A stretch of 64,000 nucleotides of DNA from Nemertoderma westbladi (lineage: Eukaryota > Animalia > Xenacoelomorpha). The stretch covers positions 1-64,000 of the forward strand of contig JAUCBJ010007816.1 of assembly GCA_032718475.1 (NCBI GenBank). The letters run 5' to 3'. The position numbers and the translations under genes were made by a program. Of this stretch, positions 39,154 through 50,958 are shown piece by piece (positions within the stretch are counted from its first letter, which is position 1; the number at the start of each line of letters is the position of its first letter). Below the pieces are notes generated by a model. The model was given only the letters and a program-made list of their open reading frames with translations. It did not search any database and was not told where the DNA came from.

Positions 39154-42100
39154 ACATTTTCCAATACAGTGAGGAGGAATTGCAGAAGGAATTGATACGC
39201 CAGGACCTCGAGACAGGAGCCAGAACCGTCGAATGGCTGGATAGGGACGCAATGGAACCCGGTGGATATGACCTAGCCATGTCTACTGATGAAAAACGGT
39301 CGTTGGAGATGATGGAAGACACCATACGTCTGCTACCGACTGGACATTTTGAAGTTGGAATGTTGTGGCGTCGACAACCTCCTAAGTTGGAGAACAACTA
39401 CAACTTAGCCTTGAAAAGATTAAACGGAGTAAGGGCTCGGTTGTTGAAGAATCCGGACATTAGGGAGAAGTATTGCGCCCAGATCAACAACTATTTCGCC
39501 AAGGGATTTGCTGGGAAGGTAGAGGACCCTGACTTAGTAACAGACCAGACTTATTACCTTCCACACCACTATGTGACTCACCCTGACAAGCCAGACAAAG
39601 TCCGAGTAGTCAACGACTGCGCAGCAGTCTATAGAGGTATTTCCCTGAATTCAGAGTTGATGGATGGTCCCAACCTGAATAACTATTTGATTGGAATACT
39701 GTTGCGTTTTAGACAGCGGCGATTCGCATTTACTTGTGACATCGAGGCGATGTTCCACCAGGTAAGAGCCTGTAAGGCAGACCAAGATAGCCTTCGCTTT
39801 CTCTGGTACGAGAATGAAGACTTATCCGGCCCAGTGGTTACATACCAAATGTACGTTAGGATATTTGGCGCCCGCGATAGTCCAAATGGCACGCTGTTTG
39901 TTCTAAAGAAAACGGCAACAGCCCAGATTGGTAAGTATCCAGTAGAAGTAATCGAGTCCATCTTGAGAAACTTCTATATGGACGACGGATTGGTGTCCAA
40001 GGACACGGCGGAACAAGCCATAGAAGTGGCTCACGACCTGCAAGAGTGCTTGGCTACAGGGGGTTTTCCTCTGACCAAGTTCACTACGAACTCGGAGGCC
40101 CTATTAGAGTCGTTCCCGGTGAAAGATCGCGGGAGCGGAGACATTGAATTGGGGTTAGAACCAATTCCCATGGCGCGAGTACTGGGACTCGCTTGGAACC
40201 CGAACTCAGATAAGTTCCAGGTAAGAGTTAGATTTGAGCCCAGTAGCCCAGACAAAGTTTTGACTAAGAGGATTTGCTTATCGACATTGAGTAGACTATT
40301 TGACCCGATGAACTTTATCAGTCCGGTTATATTACAGGCACGAGCGTGCATGAGGAAAATTTGGTTGTCCGACGTAGAGTGGGACGAACCAATATCTCCT
40401 ATACATGCAAAGCAGTGGAGAGAGTGGGAAGCCGAGTTGCATCTATTGAAAAATATAGATGTACCCCGTTCCTACTTTCCGAATCAGTTGGTATTTCCAA
40501 CTGATTTAGAGCTGCATCTGTTCAGTGACGCAAGTGACACCGGCTTTGGTATGGTAGCCTACCTTCGCCGAGAGGTAAGTCAGGACAAATTTGAGACGGC
40601 CTTTGTGACTTCTAGATCAAAGACAATGCCGGTCAAATACATGACTGTCCCTCGTGCAGAGTTACAGGCGGCTGTAGTTTCAGTCGAGGTAAGTAAGCAA
40701 ATAACTGAGGAATTAGACACGACATTGACCTTATTTTATTGGACGGACGCATCCTTGGTGTTAGTATACATTGCGGCCGACAATATTGCACTAAAGACAT
40801 TTGTGGCCAATAGACGCGCTCAGATCGTTGATTTTTCGACGAAGGAACAATGGAGACATTGTCCGGGAGTGTTGAACCCGGCCGACATAACTTCGAGAGG
40901 TGCAATGCCGGCGGAATTCTGTCAGGAAGAGTCGCAGGAGTTTTGGTTGCATGGACCTGATTTTCTAACGAGGACACAGGAACATTGGCCAGAGCGACTA
41001 AAGATAGTGACCAATCCGATGCCTGAAGATGCAGAAGTCAAAGTGGAGAAAGTCTCTAAGTCGAAGTCTAAAGCCAAACTTAAGTCATTGGAGCGGCTTG
41101 AAGAGTCATTGGAGCGGCCTGAAGAGTCATTGGAGCGGCTTGAAGAGTCATTGGAGCGGCCCGGAGACCTGTCAGACCAACAGACTTACGTGACTACTAG
41201 GTCAGGAAGGGTAAGTTACGACATAAAACCACCCTTACAGACTAGACGACAGTCACAATTGGTAAGTGACGGACAGAAAATGACCGACACAATGGATCCT
41301 TTGGTTTCCAAACCTGCGGGTTTGGATTCGAAACTTCCATCAATTAGCGGACAACCGTCGCTGGCATTAGAGTCATGCAGTATTTATGACAAATTACTAA
41401 ATTCGTCTGCCTCTTGGCTGACAATTTGTAAAAGAACTGCGTGGTTAAGCTGATACGTTTCGTACCTTTGTTTAAAACATTCGAAACATTTGAGAGAACC
41501 ATTGAGCACCAATAGTGAGCGAATTCGGAAATTGAAACAACCTCTGACAGAGGATGAGATTGATCAAGCGGAATTAAGGCATTTGAAACATTATCAAATG
41601 TGTGCCTTCCCTAAAGAATTCCATCTATTATCGGCTCAACGACCAGTTCTCTATAAACCCCTGAGAAAATGGAGTCCATTAATCCATAAGGGTTTGATTT
41701 GTCATAGATCGAGGATCCAGACTGTCGACATAAACTCACAGTTTCGATTCCCAGTGATAATCCCTAGTTACCCGATAGAATTGCAAAGAGCGATTCTATG
41801 GGATATACACAAGAGGTTGCATCACGCGGGAAAGTTACACTGTTTGTCGGCAGCGAGACAGCGATTCATCCTATTGCAGCCAAGCAGGGCAGTAGGCACT
41901 ATGTACGACGCCTGTCTGGTTTGCAAGAGAGTGAACGCCAGAGTATTGGAACAGGAGATGGCTGAACTCCCGGAAGCGAGAGTGCAGGCATATGACCCAC
42001 CCTTTACGAACACAGGGGTGGATTGTTTTGGTCCGATTGAAGCAAAGAATGGACGGCTGACCCACAAGCGATGGGGTCTGCTACTGACATGTATGGCTAG

Positions 42101-42641
42101 TAGAGCCATACACATTGAGCGTGTGGCAGACATGTCGACCAAATCTCTGCTCCTGGCCTTGAAGAGATTTATGGCCAGGAGAGGACTAGTAAAGGCGTTC
42201 TACTCCGATAAGGGTACAAACTTTGTCGGAGGGAATAGCGAGTTGAACGCGGCTCATAAAGCGGCACAGAATAAGGAAATTTCTGCAGCACTTTTGCCGC
42301 AACGAGTAGAATGGAGATTCAATACTCCTGAAAGTCCTTGGAGAGGAGGAAGTTGGGAGCGTTTAGTTCGCTCTGTAAAACAGGCCATTGCCAAAACATT
42401 GCCTGTGAACAAACAACTTACCGACGACGAACTGGTCACAGCTTTCATTGAAATCGAGCATACCCTAAACTCGAGGCCGATAGCTATGTTGCCAGACGGT
42501 GTTGCATTAACGCCGAATCATTTGCTAATGCAGAGTCCAGCATTTCTTGTGCCGGCATCAGAACCCATTAGTGCCGACCTATATAGTCGTAAAACCTATA
42601 TAGACGGACGCCGTCAACGGAGTCGACTGGAGGTAGATTAG
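39132..42641 (+). pseudogene. pol: A2 pol (RT, RNase H, integrase) with a premature TGA at 41451 and a truncated C-terminus
   Basis: ORFs 39132-41453 and 41490-42641 in one frame; FYMDD, FSDAS, YSDKGTNF, GGSWERL. Confidence 0.92.
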
Positions 42642-42949
42642 TGTATCTGGGAAGGGGACAAAAGAGAGGAGCGAGCCCAAAGAACCCAGGAGCGGGTCAA
42701 TAATACATTATGGCACAGGGCGACAGACTCTAGATATATACATCATCGTCGCTCTGATGTATATTGTAGCATTTGAAAATTTTCGACTAGACTCGTATAT
42801 ACTAGTTGAGTTATTTGAATTTATATTATGAAAGAGGCGAAGGAAGTGATTGGGGAGACAAACCTGCGGGTTTGGCTTACTCCTTTCACTTGCCCTAGCA
42901 AAATTTTTATATTTGATTTTGTATGTAGTAATCATTATGTAGTAAGAAT

Positions 42950-43100
42950 GAACGAGAAACAATATTTTGTAAATTTAATTTGTATGTAATAATCGTTAAA
43001 CAATGAGAGAAACAATATTTTGTAAATTTAATTTGTATGTAATAATCGTTAAACAATGAGAGAGATAATATTTTGTAAATTTAATTTGTATGTAATTCAT
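42950..43100 (+). repeat. ~53-bp AT-rich tandem repeat in the A2 3' UTR
   Basis: AATATTTTGTAAATTTAATTTGTATGTAAT occurs three times. Confidence 0.85.
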
Positions 43101-43244
43101 TATGCAATATCTATGGCAATATTTGTAAATAGTAGAATTATTATGTTATTTAGATTGGTTGGAAGAAATTTATTTGTTTTGTATACATCACCTTATACTC
43201 TTCTACAATTGGAGGGAAACATTATATGATTTCCCTTGGAGCGG

Positions 43245-45421
43245 TTTTACGGTATATGGCGCTGTATCCACATTATTAGTCGTTATACTGTATGCAGTAT
43301 TAGTCCGTTATGCAGTATGCAATATTAGTCCGTTATACTGTACGTAATATTAGTCCGTTGTGCAGCATGATATTTTAGATAAGGCATAATAACGCAGTGG
43401 TATTTAGGTAGGGAAATCAAAACGCCCATATATTTGAAACCATCCATTTTGTATAGTATGTAGCCCTACCTACGTAATTTTGTATTAGGATATATGTAGA
43501 TAGTTCCAGGGTAGCGAGTTTATTCGGACCCTGGATTTTGTGCTTGCTGATATTAGTTTGATAGGGCTAGCATAGGGACGCCGTCCTGGCCATTCAGTAG
43601 CCAGAGACGTGAACCATTACCATATATGGTAATAATTTGAGCAATAGGGCTACAATCCGGCCTCCTTATTGGATTAACTGCTTCCAGGTTGGTCTAATGC
43701 TAGCATGGACTGGAGAGCCAATAGGAGAGCGATTGAGTCACCTTATTGCATCATCCCATCCGGATCACCTATAAATTGGCGGTGTGCCGGTAAAGCCTCA
43801 CATGACACATCGATTCTGTTCAACCTGTTTTACTGTTTTTCAATCTGTCACTGCTGTTGAGCTGTCTCTAATTTTGTATTAGGATATCGTATTTTCTGCA
43901 ATTTGCTAATTTGATTAATTTCTTGAAATGATTTGCTAGTGCGATTACTTGCTTGTGTTTCTCAATAATTCCTTCGATTACTGCTAATTACAATTGAACT
44001 ATGATTTCTACTCTTTGATTAATGGTTCTATGTGATTCCTTTCTGCGCAATAATCCTAAGGGATTTCTGAGACTTTCAGACTTTGTGATTTGCATGCGCC
44101 GCTACGGTAGCTATTAGCATCATGGAGGGCTAAGGTGCCAGTGGGCGGTGGGCGCATCGGGGGGTTGAGCGACTAGGAGAGAGCGGAGGATTCAAAGCGG
44201 GCAACGCTGGCCAGGGTCACCGTTGCGGGCGGGTATCTTGCACTGCGGCACGCAGACCAATCGCTGGTACAGTATCTAGGGGGCTGATGATCCAGGTTTT
44301 GTCTCTATTTAGTATTAGGGGGGCAGGAATTGGGTTAGTTAGGAATCCTAGATGTACCCGGGAGAGGCCTGCGCGTATTACAACGTTGAGTGTGGAGTAC
44401 GAGTAGTGAATTGCACAATTGTAAACTGTGATTTCTAACGCTGATTGGTGTGTTATTGAAGTGTGCCTAAGATTACGAATGCTTAGATAGGCGCTCTTTT
44501 CCCTTTGATTGATTTCTATTTCTTAGCTACAATAATTAGTTATTGATTAGGTCAAAGTAATACGGCAATTTAGGCTATTACTAGCGAAACCTGTTGCGTG
44601 ATAAATTAGAATTACGTATTCTGGAACTCTTAGTAATTAGTACGCTGTTAAATATTTGTGACTGTAATTAATTAGTAAAAATTAAGAATTAGTACGCAGC
44701 ATAGCGGAGAGTAGCTAAGGTAATAATTAGTGTACTGTAAACTATTCACGCTGAGCGGTTATTTGCATTAGCGGGCAATCAGCTAGAACGCACTATTCGG
44801 TACGCACGATACGCTAGTAGTTTTGCTGGCCTAAAGCCAGCCGCGGGCAGTTTTAGACTCGGGGTGGTATTATCCACGTAGAAACAGTTACTGTACCATT
44901 TTTGATATTTTAAATATTCTCGCATTCACACATTACGTTAGGGAACCTCCAGTATTCGCGATTAGAAAGACGTAGGTAATAGCGTGCTTTAATAGTGATA
45001 GAATTAGGCGTAGGAATACTCTGAGTGCAAGGCCTCTCGCACTCGTCTTAAGTAAGCTTAGGGAGCCGACTCGGGTTTATTGTTTTGGTTATTCCTGCGT
45101 GGCTCATAGATTCGAACAGTTAGCTCTCTATCGAGCGATCGGTAGAGAAAGGAACAAGCGATTTTGCAGGAGTTGTGTAAATTTAGTAAAATATATTAGT
45201 GGACGGCAGATTAGCGCCATCCAACGGTAAGTAGCGGTTTTGTATTTAGCAACCCTTACAATTTAGTAATAGCACGCTCCTGATCCCCTTTACTTAACAG
45301 TAGAGCAGTTTTTGTGTCTTATTGGATAGGCGAGAGCTTATTAGGTTGGCAGAAGGATATTAACGGGTATTGGTCTGTTCAACAGTTCTGCTGTTAGTAT
45401 AGAGGTCGCGGTTGTTTATCA
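43245..45421 (+). repeat. 3' LTR of A2
   Basis: Starts TTTTAC (TGTTAC in the 5' LTR), preceded by TGGAGCGG. Confidence 0.93.
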
Positions 45422-46684
45422 ATATATATAATTACTAGGTCCGGTGTGCATTTTACAAATATTCTAATTTTATAGCTTGTAGGTCCAATACTCACGAATG
45501 ATAAGGCTCCTTCCCCTTTTGTGTATTTCCAGGACTCAAATTCAGGCATAAGGTTAATACTACGCCCGGAATTCGGCAATTTAATTTACCAGGTCCCTAA
45601 TACTAAGAAGAAATGTGTTAGTTTACTACAGTAGGCGTACAGTTACAAAATAGCTAGCCTGGCGTTCTATCTAGAATTTTGGTTGCCTAGCTGGGCACGG
45701 CAACTCCCTATCAGAATGTCGGCGGGGACACGGTAGATGTTAGTATCCCTAATAGCCTCAATTTATATGCGCCTAGCAGTAAACTGCCCTACCGCCTGAA
45801 CGGTACAATCCCAATTCAGGTAAAAACACAGTAACCCTTCCTGGCCTACAAGTTCTAATGCAAATGAACACCGTTGTACTACAAACAGCCACCGACGCAC
45901 CTATACCTGGCAAATGAGTTAGGCGTACAGCTTGCTGCACCCTACTAATGTGTATGCCTTGTACTGGTGTGCCTGTGTCCTATCTGTGTACTAGTATCTC
46001 TCTGCCTGATCTCTTCCTCCCCCATAGGAATATGAAGGTCTACTGCGGGTTTTTCTGAATTAAGACAGTACAGTCCCTAAATGTAATTTTAGCGCACAGC
46101 ATGTCAGTACCTCTACCTTCGATCTTAGGTCTTACGCTTAGGTAGCAAGGCATCGAACGCTGTCTAACCTTTCAGGCGATGGGCAAATAACTAAGAATGG
46201 GTATTGCGGGTTGTCTCCTTTCTACATTCCTCCGATATTCCCGTCTATTGCCGCGGTCCGATGTCTAGCCTGCCATCTGTCTCACAGTTGTGTTCACCAT
46301 GGTGAAACTTAGTAAAAGCAGATGTAACAAATACTTTCTAACTTTATTACAAACAAATGATAACTAATATACAATAAATGTAACAAGAAGATTAAGTAAG
46401 ATAGAATAAGAAGAAGATAACTAATGAACAAAATCGCACCTTTTATAGCAAATTTGTGCTGCTAACAATCTAGATAAATCTCGATTGTTCTATGAGCTCT
46501 ACTAGGTTTTTAAAGATAATCATTGGTCCAGCAAACACGTATCTTGCACGACATTGATTGCTATCTAATAACTGCAATCGCATTGGTTAATCTACCTTAA
46601 GCAGATACAATTAATTCGTAGCGGTTAATTCAAATGAGTTGAAACTTAGCACAAAAAATAATTCACACTTGCTAGGATTCGAAC

Positions 46685-48838
46685 AATAAATTTATTATAA
46701 TAATCTTAAATCAAAAATTAAAAAGATGTGCACCAAAAATAACAAAATTAATTCCGCCACCACACAAATATCATCGGGCCTACCACCAAAGCACCGGAAA
46801 GATAAGTTGAAGCTCAGAGGCAAGGGATCAGTACCGATCAGGAAGGTCAGACCCCCGCAGACCGGCACCGTCCCCAAATCCGAGCGCCCTCCATGGCCGC
46901 CTACCACCACGCAGGCACAGGGAGCTCGAGCGCAGAAGCGCGAACTGTAAGCGCCTCCGCACTCCCCCTAACACACAAGCGAGGCCTCGCTCACGCATCC
47001 CCCGCTGCCGGGCCACGAGGGTCTCAGCGAGGTGGCGGATCAGAATATCGGCCTCCTTGCACCACACCCCGTCGGTGGTTCCGACTAGGGGGGTGAAGGA
47101 GATCCGACGATCTTCGCACACCCCGCTGTAGTGGACCATCTTGGAACGAACTCGCTGCTCGAGTACGGAGTCCAGGGACCGATTAAGGTATGAGGGGGCG
47201 TCGGCGTTAACAATCGCAATGTCGAAAGACGCCACCCTCTGTTCGGCCCAGACTCCCCTCGCCAGGAGATCCGCCCTAACTCCACCCACCTCGCGGCCCT
47301 GTCTGTCCAGGTAGCCGGACGCCAACGTAACCTCCCGCTGGACGCATGAGCCCCCGAACGCGGACGCAATGAGGTCCCCGAACACCTCCCTCACCTCGTT
47401 GTGCCGCTTTATGATCAAGCCCCCCGACTTGCAATTAAGGGCGTGGGACGTCGAGAACGACTCCCCACACCCCTCGCACTTTGCCGGGAGGCCCGGCGGC
47501 GTCCGTCCATACCTCAAGGCGAGGTCGTCCCGGAACACCTCTGGGTCAAGGTCAGTGTGGTCGACCACAGAGGGCTGCGCCGTCAGCCATCCCCCAGTCT
47601 TATGGGACATCGTACGTTCGACGGTGCGTCGTCGTGTCGAGGGAATGGCTTGGAGTGCGTTCATCTGTATCACCTTGTAGACCGCATCCTGAGTGATCCG
47701 GCTCTCGGCGAGGGCGGAGGCGAGACAGGCTGCGTGGTCCGCGACATGGAGGGGGCGACCCGTAGTCATGGCGTCAACCACCCTGACCGTTCCAGCGAGA
47801 GACGCCTCACGGGCGGGGCCACGGCGCACCGTCGGATCACGGATCCCAATGCCGCCATGTCGAACTGGGAGGAGGAGCAACTCCTCGTCGACAGACCCAG
47901 GCAAACCAAACAGAGCCGGGATAAACTGGCGCAACAGTGCCGAACGGATGGGCGCCACATCCTCCACCTCTGTGTCCACCACCCGCAACAGGTAATCCCA
48001 CTCTGCCTGAACACAGCGGGTCAACCCAGTGTGGGCAGTCTGGGGGAACTCCTCGGCCACCTCAGCGAGACGACCAATACTCCAGACCCACCCAGAGACC
48101 TTCTCGGCGATAAACTCGCGCAAACCCAGTGAGTCGCCCACATAACCCCCCAGGAATCGGTGCCCGGGAACAATCTGGACCCCCGAGCCCCCAAACATCT
48201 GCCGTGCTCGCTCCGCAACCTCGGGTTTGACCACCAAGTAGGACTTGGTGGGCTCCGGGTTATAACCTATTCGGGGTCCGACACGAAGCAGCTCCTCCCA
48301 CCAAGCCATCACCCCCTCGAGTGAACCTGCCGAGGAGGCATCATCGGCATACCAACACTGCTTCTGTGAGAGAGTTGGGCTGCCAGGTTCAATCAACGGC
48401 GGGTCCATGGGTTGAGTCAATGGTGGATCAGTGGATGGAGTCGACGGCAAGGTGCCGGGTGGAGGCAAAGGCGGGTCTGCGGTTGCAGTCGATGGTGAGT
48501 CAGATGGTAGAGTCAACGGCGAGTCGGCGGGTCGAGTCGACAACGGATCGGCTGGTAGAGTCGACGGCGGGTCAGTGGGTTGAGTCGATGGCGCGTCAGC
48601 TGGTTGAGTCGGCATTGGGTCAGACTCGGCGGGTTGAGTCGATGGAGGGACAGCGGGTGGAGTCAACAGTGAGACGGACTCGGCGGGATGTGTTGACGGT
48701 GGGTCAGCGGGTGGAGTCGACAGTGGATCGGACTTGGCGGGTTGAGTCGATGGTGGGTCAGCGGGTGGAGTCGACAGTGAGTCGGTCTCGGTGGGTTGAG
48801 TCGACGGTGAGTCTGCGGGTGGAGCTGACGGTGGGTCA
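46685..48838 (-). mobile_element. 5'-truncated CRE-like (RLE) non-LTR retrotransposon, copy 1
   Basis: 14-bp TSD GCTAGGATTCGAAC (46671-46684, 48839-48852), confirmed against the empty site at 17060. Confidence 0.85.
46828..48837 (-). CDS. Pro/Ser/Thr repeat + RT C-terminal half + CCHC finger + restriction-like endonuclease
   Basis: QCWYADD, HRFLGG, CEGC...HALNC, KRHNEV, RADL...FDIAI; frame is open up to the insertion edge with no true start codon. Confidence 0.8.
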   Translation of the reverse strand, partial: DPPSAPPADSPSTQPTETDSLSTPPADPPSTQPAKSDPLSTPPADPPSTHPAESVSLLTPPAVPPSTQPAESDPMPTQPADAPSTQPTDPPSTLPADPLSTRPADSPLTLPSDSPSTATADPPLPPPGTLPSTPSTDPPLTQPMDPPLIEPGSPTLSQKQCWYADDASSAGSLEGVMAWWEELLRVGPRIGYNPEPTKSYLVVKPEVAERARQMFGGSGVQIVPGHRFLGGYVGDSLGLREFIAEKVSGWVWSIGRLAEVAEEFPQTAHTGLTRCVQAEWDYLLRVVDTEVEDVAPIRSALLRQFIPALFGLPGSVDEELLLLPVRHGGIGIRDPTVRRGPAREASLAGTVRVVDAMTTGRPLHVADHAACLASALAESRITQDAVYKVIQMNALQAIPSTRRRTVERTMSHKTGGWLTAQPSVVDHTDLDPEVFRDDLALRYGRTPPGLPAKCEGCGESFSTSHALNCKSGGLIIKRHNEVREVFGDLIASAFGGSCVQREVTLASGYLDRQGREVGGVRADLLARGVWAEQRVASFDIAIVNADAPSYLNRSLDSVLEQRVRSKMVHYSGVCEDRRISFTPLVGTTDGVWCKEADILIRHLAETLVARQRGMRERGLACVLGGVRRRLQFALLRSSSLCLRGGRRPWRALGFGDGAGLRGSDLPDRY

Positions 48839-49274
48839 GCTAGGATTCGAACTCGATACTTACTACACGAATTTCTAACGCTTAACCAACTGAGCTACTG
48901 AACTACTTGAATAATCGTTGTACAAATAGATATAGTAAATACAAATGAGGACTTAATGTAATCTTTATAGCAAATTAATTCGAACAAAATAAAATTTTGA
49001 AAATCCACGGCTTTATGAGGATATAATTCTATAGTAATTTTCAAAAAACGTCTCAAAAAAAGTGCCAAAAGTAGGGTTAAAAAATGGTGCTATAACTTGA
49101 AAAGTACCCAATATTTTTGAAAACGGTTTTCACTACTATGAAGACAATAGATTTTAAGGAAAAGTCATAAAATTTAAGATTCCCAACTTCGTTTGTTTCA
49201 GAATTATAATAAAAATACCATGGGGAGGGGGGTCATATTAACCCCCCCCCCCCCCTCGGGTTTAATAGGGTTAA

Positions 49275-49700
49275 GCTTTGCTATTCAGGGGAGTCTAGGT
49301 TCCTGAATACTGTGGCCTTGTTAGAGGCCAAGATGTCCTGAGAATTAGCCAGCTTTTGGTGCAGCTCCTCTAGAACCTTGGCGGCTTGTACAAATGTACA
49401 GATTCATTTAGTAATTCTTGGAGCTGACGATGTTGTGCAATCTGGGATTGTCGTTGTTGGCAGCTTCGTCATGCAACTGCTTTATGCTGCTGTAATTGTT
49501 GCCGTTGTTGTTATTGTTTTTCTAATGCTTGCCGTTGTTGCTGATTTTGTTCACTCACTATCTCCCTTTGATTACTTAGTCGATTTAATGCAAAATCGAT
49601 ATTATTTAATTGTTTCATTTTATTATTTACAGTCTCCTGCATGGCTCGCAGGTTTAACGAAAACTCGTTTAATCTTTCACTATATACTGTAGAAGTTTTA
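49275..49700 (-). pseudogene. Upstream part of the D gag remnant
   Basis: Rejoins 14123 across the TTAA (ATAGCAAAGC-TTAA-AGAAAGCC); Q/N-rich degenerate frame; upstream limit approximate. Confidence 0.5.
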
Positions 49701-49957
49701 AGTTGCAGATTTTAAGTCTGATTACTCCCTACAGTAGTTGTCGTAATACCAAGGGGTGTTATTTTGGATTGAGTTACATTAGCCGCTGATGTCATATTCG
49801 GCTTAGAAGGATTTATTAATATGCCAGTGCGTGGGGAATCAGGTTTGGCGCCGCTAAAGGCGTGTTAACAGGTTTGAAAAAGTCGGAGTCGGAGTCGGTT
49901 TTGGGTCCAAGGGGATTTTTAATGGGATTAGCGGGATGCTGAGGTGGCAGTTCAGGC

Positions 49958-50235
49958 AAAAAAAAAGGAAAGTAAATTTTCTTCGGCCGATAGGCCAGGG
50001 ATTATGCACAAAGTCTGACGACTTAATTCCAGTGCGGTCCCACCAGAACTTTACTCCCAAGAGGAAACTCCAGTACTCATTTAGCTACCACTTAAGGATG
50101 CAAGGCAGAGATGCGCCCTGGCTGGTCCCTTTAAAGCATTCATGCCGAAACGAAAACTGCCCTGGCCCATGTGAGGATCGAACCCACAACCTATGGGAGA
50201 TGTGAATTCAATGCAACCACTACACAAAGGCAGGC
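49958..50235 (-). mobile_element. tRNA-derived SINE, possibly Deu/Nin-domain type
   Basis: A box TGTAGTGG, B box GGTTCGATCC, core GCCTTGCATCCTT...TAAATGAGTAC, T-rich tail. The Deu/Nin label is from recalled consensus only. Confidence 0.65.
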
Positions 50236-50442
50236 AGTGGCGTTCAGCTCGTTCCAAGCGTCTTCCGCTTCTGGAAGTCCGAGATTTATCCGATGATTTG
50301 TCAAACTCGTCGGAAGATGTATAGCACTCGAGCTGTTTGGTCCCCTTTTCCTTTAACTGAGTGTCCGATTGTTGTTTTTCTGTTAGCGAATTCAATTCCG
50401 CCAACCACCCCATAAAGTTGGCCAAGCGGGGCCTTTAAGCAA

Positions 50443-50958
50443 TATTGGGAGTACGAGGTTGATTGCCAATCAACCTCGTATCACCCCAATAAACGGGGCG
50501 ACAAACCCCAAAGGAACACAAACACAGCGGGGGTCAGAGATTACACCTCCAGGAGGGAGAGAGTGACAGTAGCGGGGGGAAGCACTCCCAGAGAGATGGG
50601 AGGGCGAGAATTGGGTTATTAGCCAATGGGAGGCAGGCATCCACTGAGTAATGTAATACGGCCAACCAGTGCAATATATTACCAGTTACTGTTCCTCATT
50701 TATTCACTTAGTTAGTCAGTTTAGTTAGGGCAGAATGGGAACTCTTATTACCGTCTACTGCCGCCACCATCATTCAGCTATTTACCGGTACACTTACTTA
50801 ACATTCAATAAACTGTGTTTATACTTTATGCAATTATATTAAATCCTATATTCATACATACCGATCAATCAACAACCCCAGAACTCTTTTCACACACACA
50901 CGGCGGGGACGCGTAGATAAGATAACCGGATAAATCGGGATTCTCGGATCCCGTCACA
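50443..50958 (+). repeat. Probable 5' LTR of C
   Basis: CCAAT-like motifs, TATA-like ATATATTA near 50674, AATAAA near 50807, ends CCCGTCACA; no second copy in the window. Confidence 0.55.

Larger units (their letters stand above)
31135..45421 (+). mobile_element. BEL/Pao family A copy A2, two LTRs, inserted in the 5' LTR of B
   Basis: TSD ATATA (31130-31134, 45422-45426) confirmed against the empty site near 15853; LTRs differ at only a handful of positions. Confidence 0.95.
15437..49033 (-). mobile_element. BEL/Pao LTR retrotransposon family B, full length, carrying three nested insertions
   Basis: 5-bp TSD GTAAT at 15432-15436 and 49034-49038; two matching ~1.8-kb LTRs; gag-PR-RT-RH-IN on the minus strand. 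Confidence 0.95.
45422..49033 (-). repeat. 5' LTR of B, remaining pieces (45422-46684, 48839-49033)
   Basis: Matches ~15853-17254 apart from a ~40-bp indel near 46190-46232 and the CRE-like insertion. Confidence 0.9.
14128..49270. mobile_element. Non-autonomous piggyBac-like DNA transposon (~1.5 kb; arms 14128-15431 and 49039-49270) split by element B
   Basis: TTAA at 14124-14127 and 49271-49274; termini CCCTATTA...TAATAGGG; G-run-TCATATTAA-C-run near both ends; no transposase. Confidence 0.8.

Noticed and set aside
49378-49692. Hydrophobic membrane-protein ORF
   Set aside because: Antisense shadow of the Q/N-rich D gag remnant.
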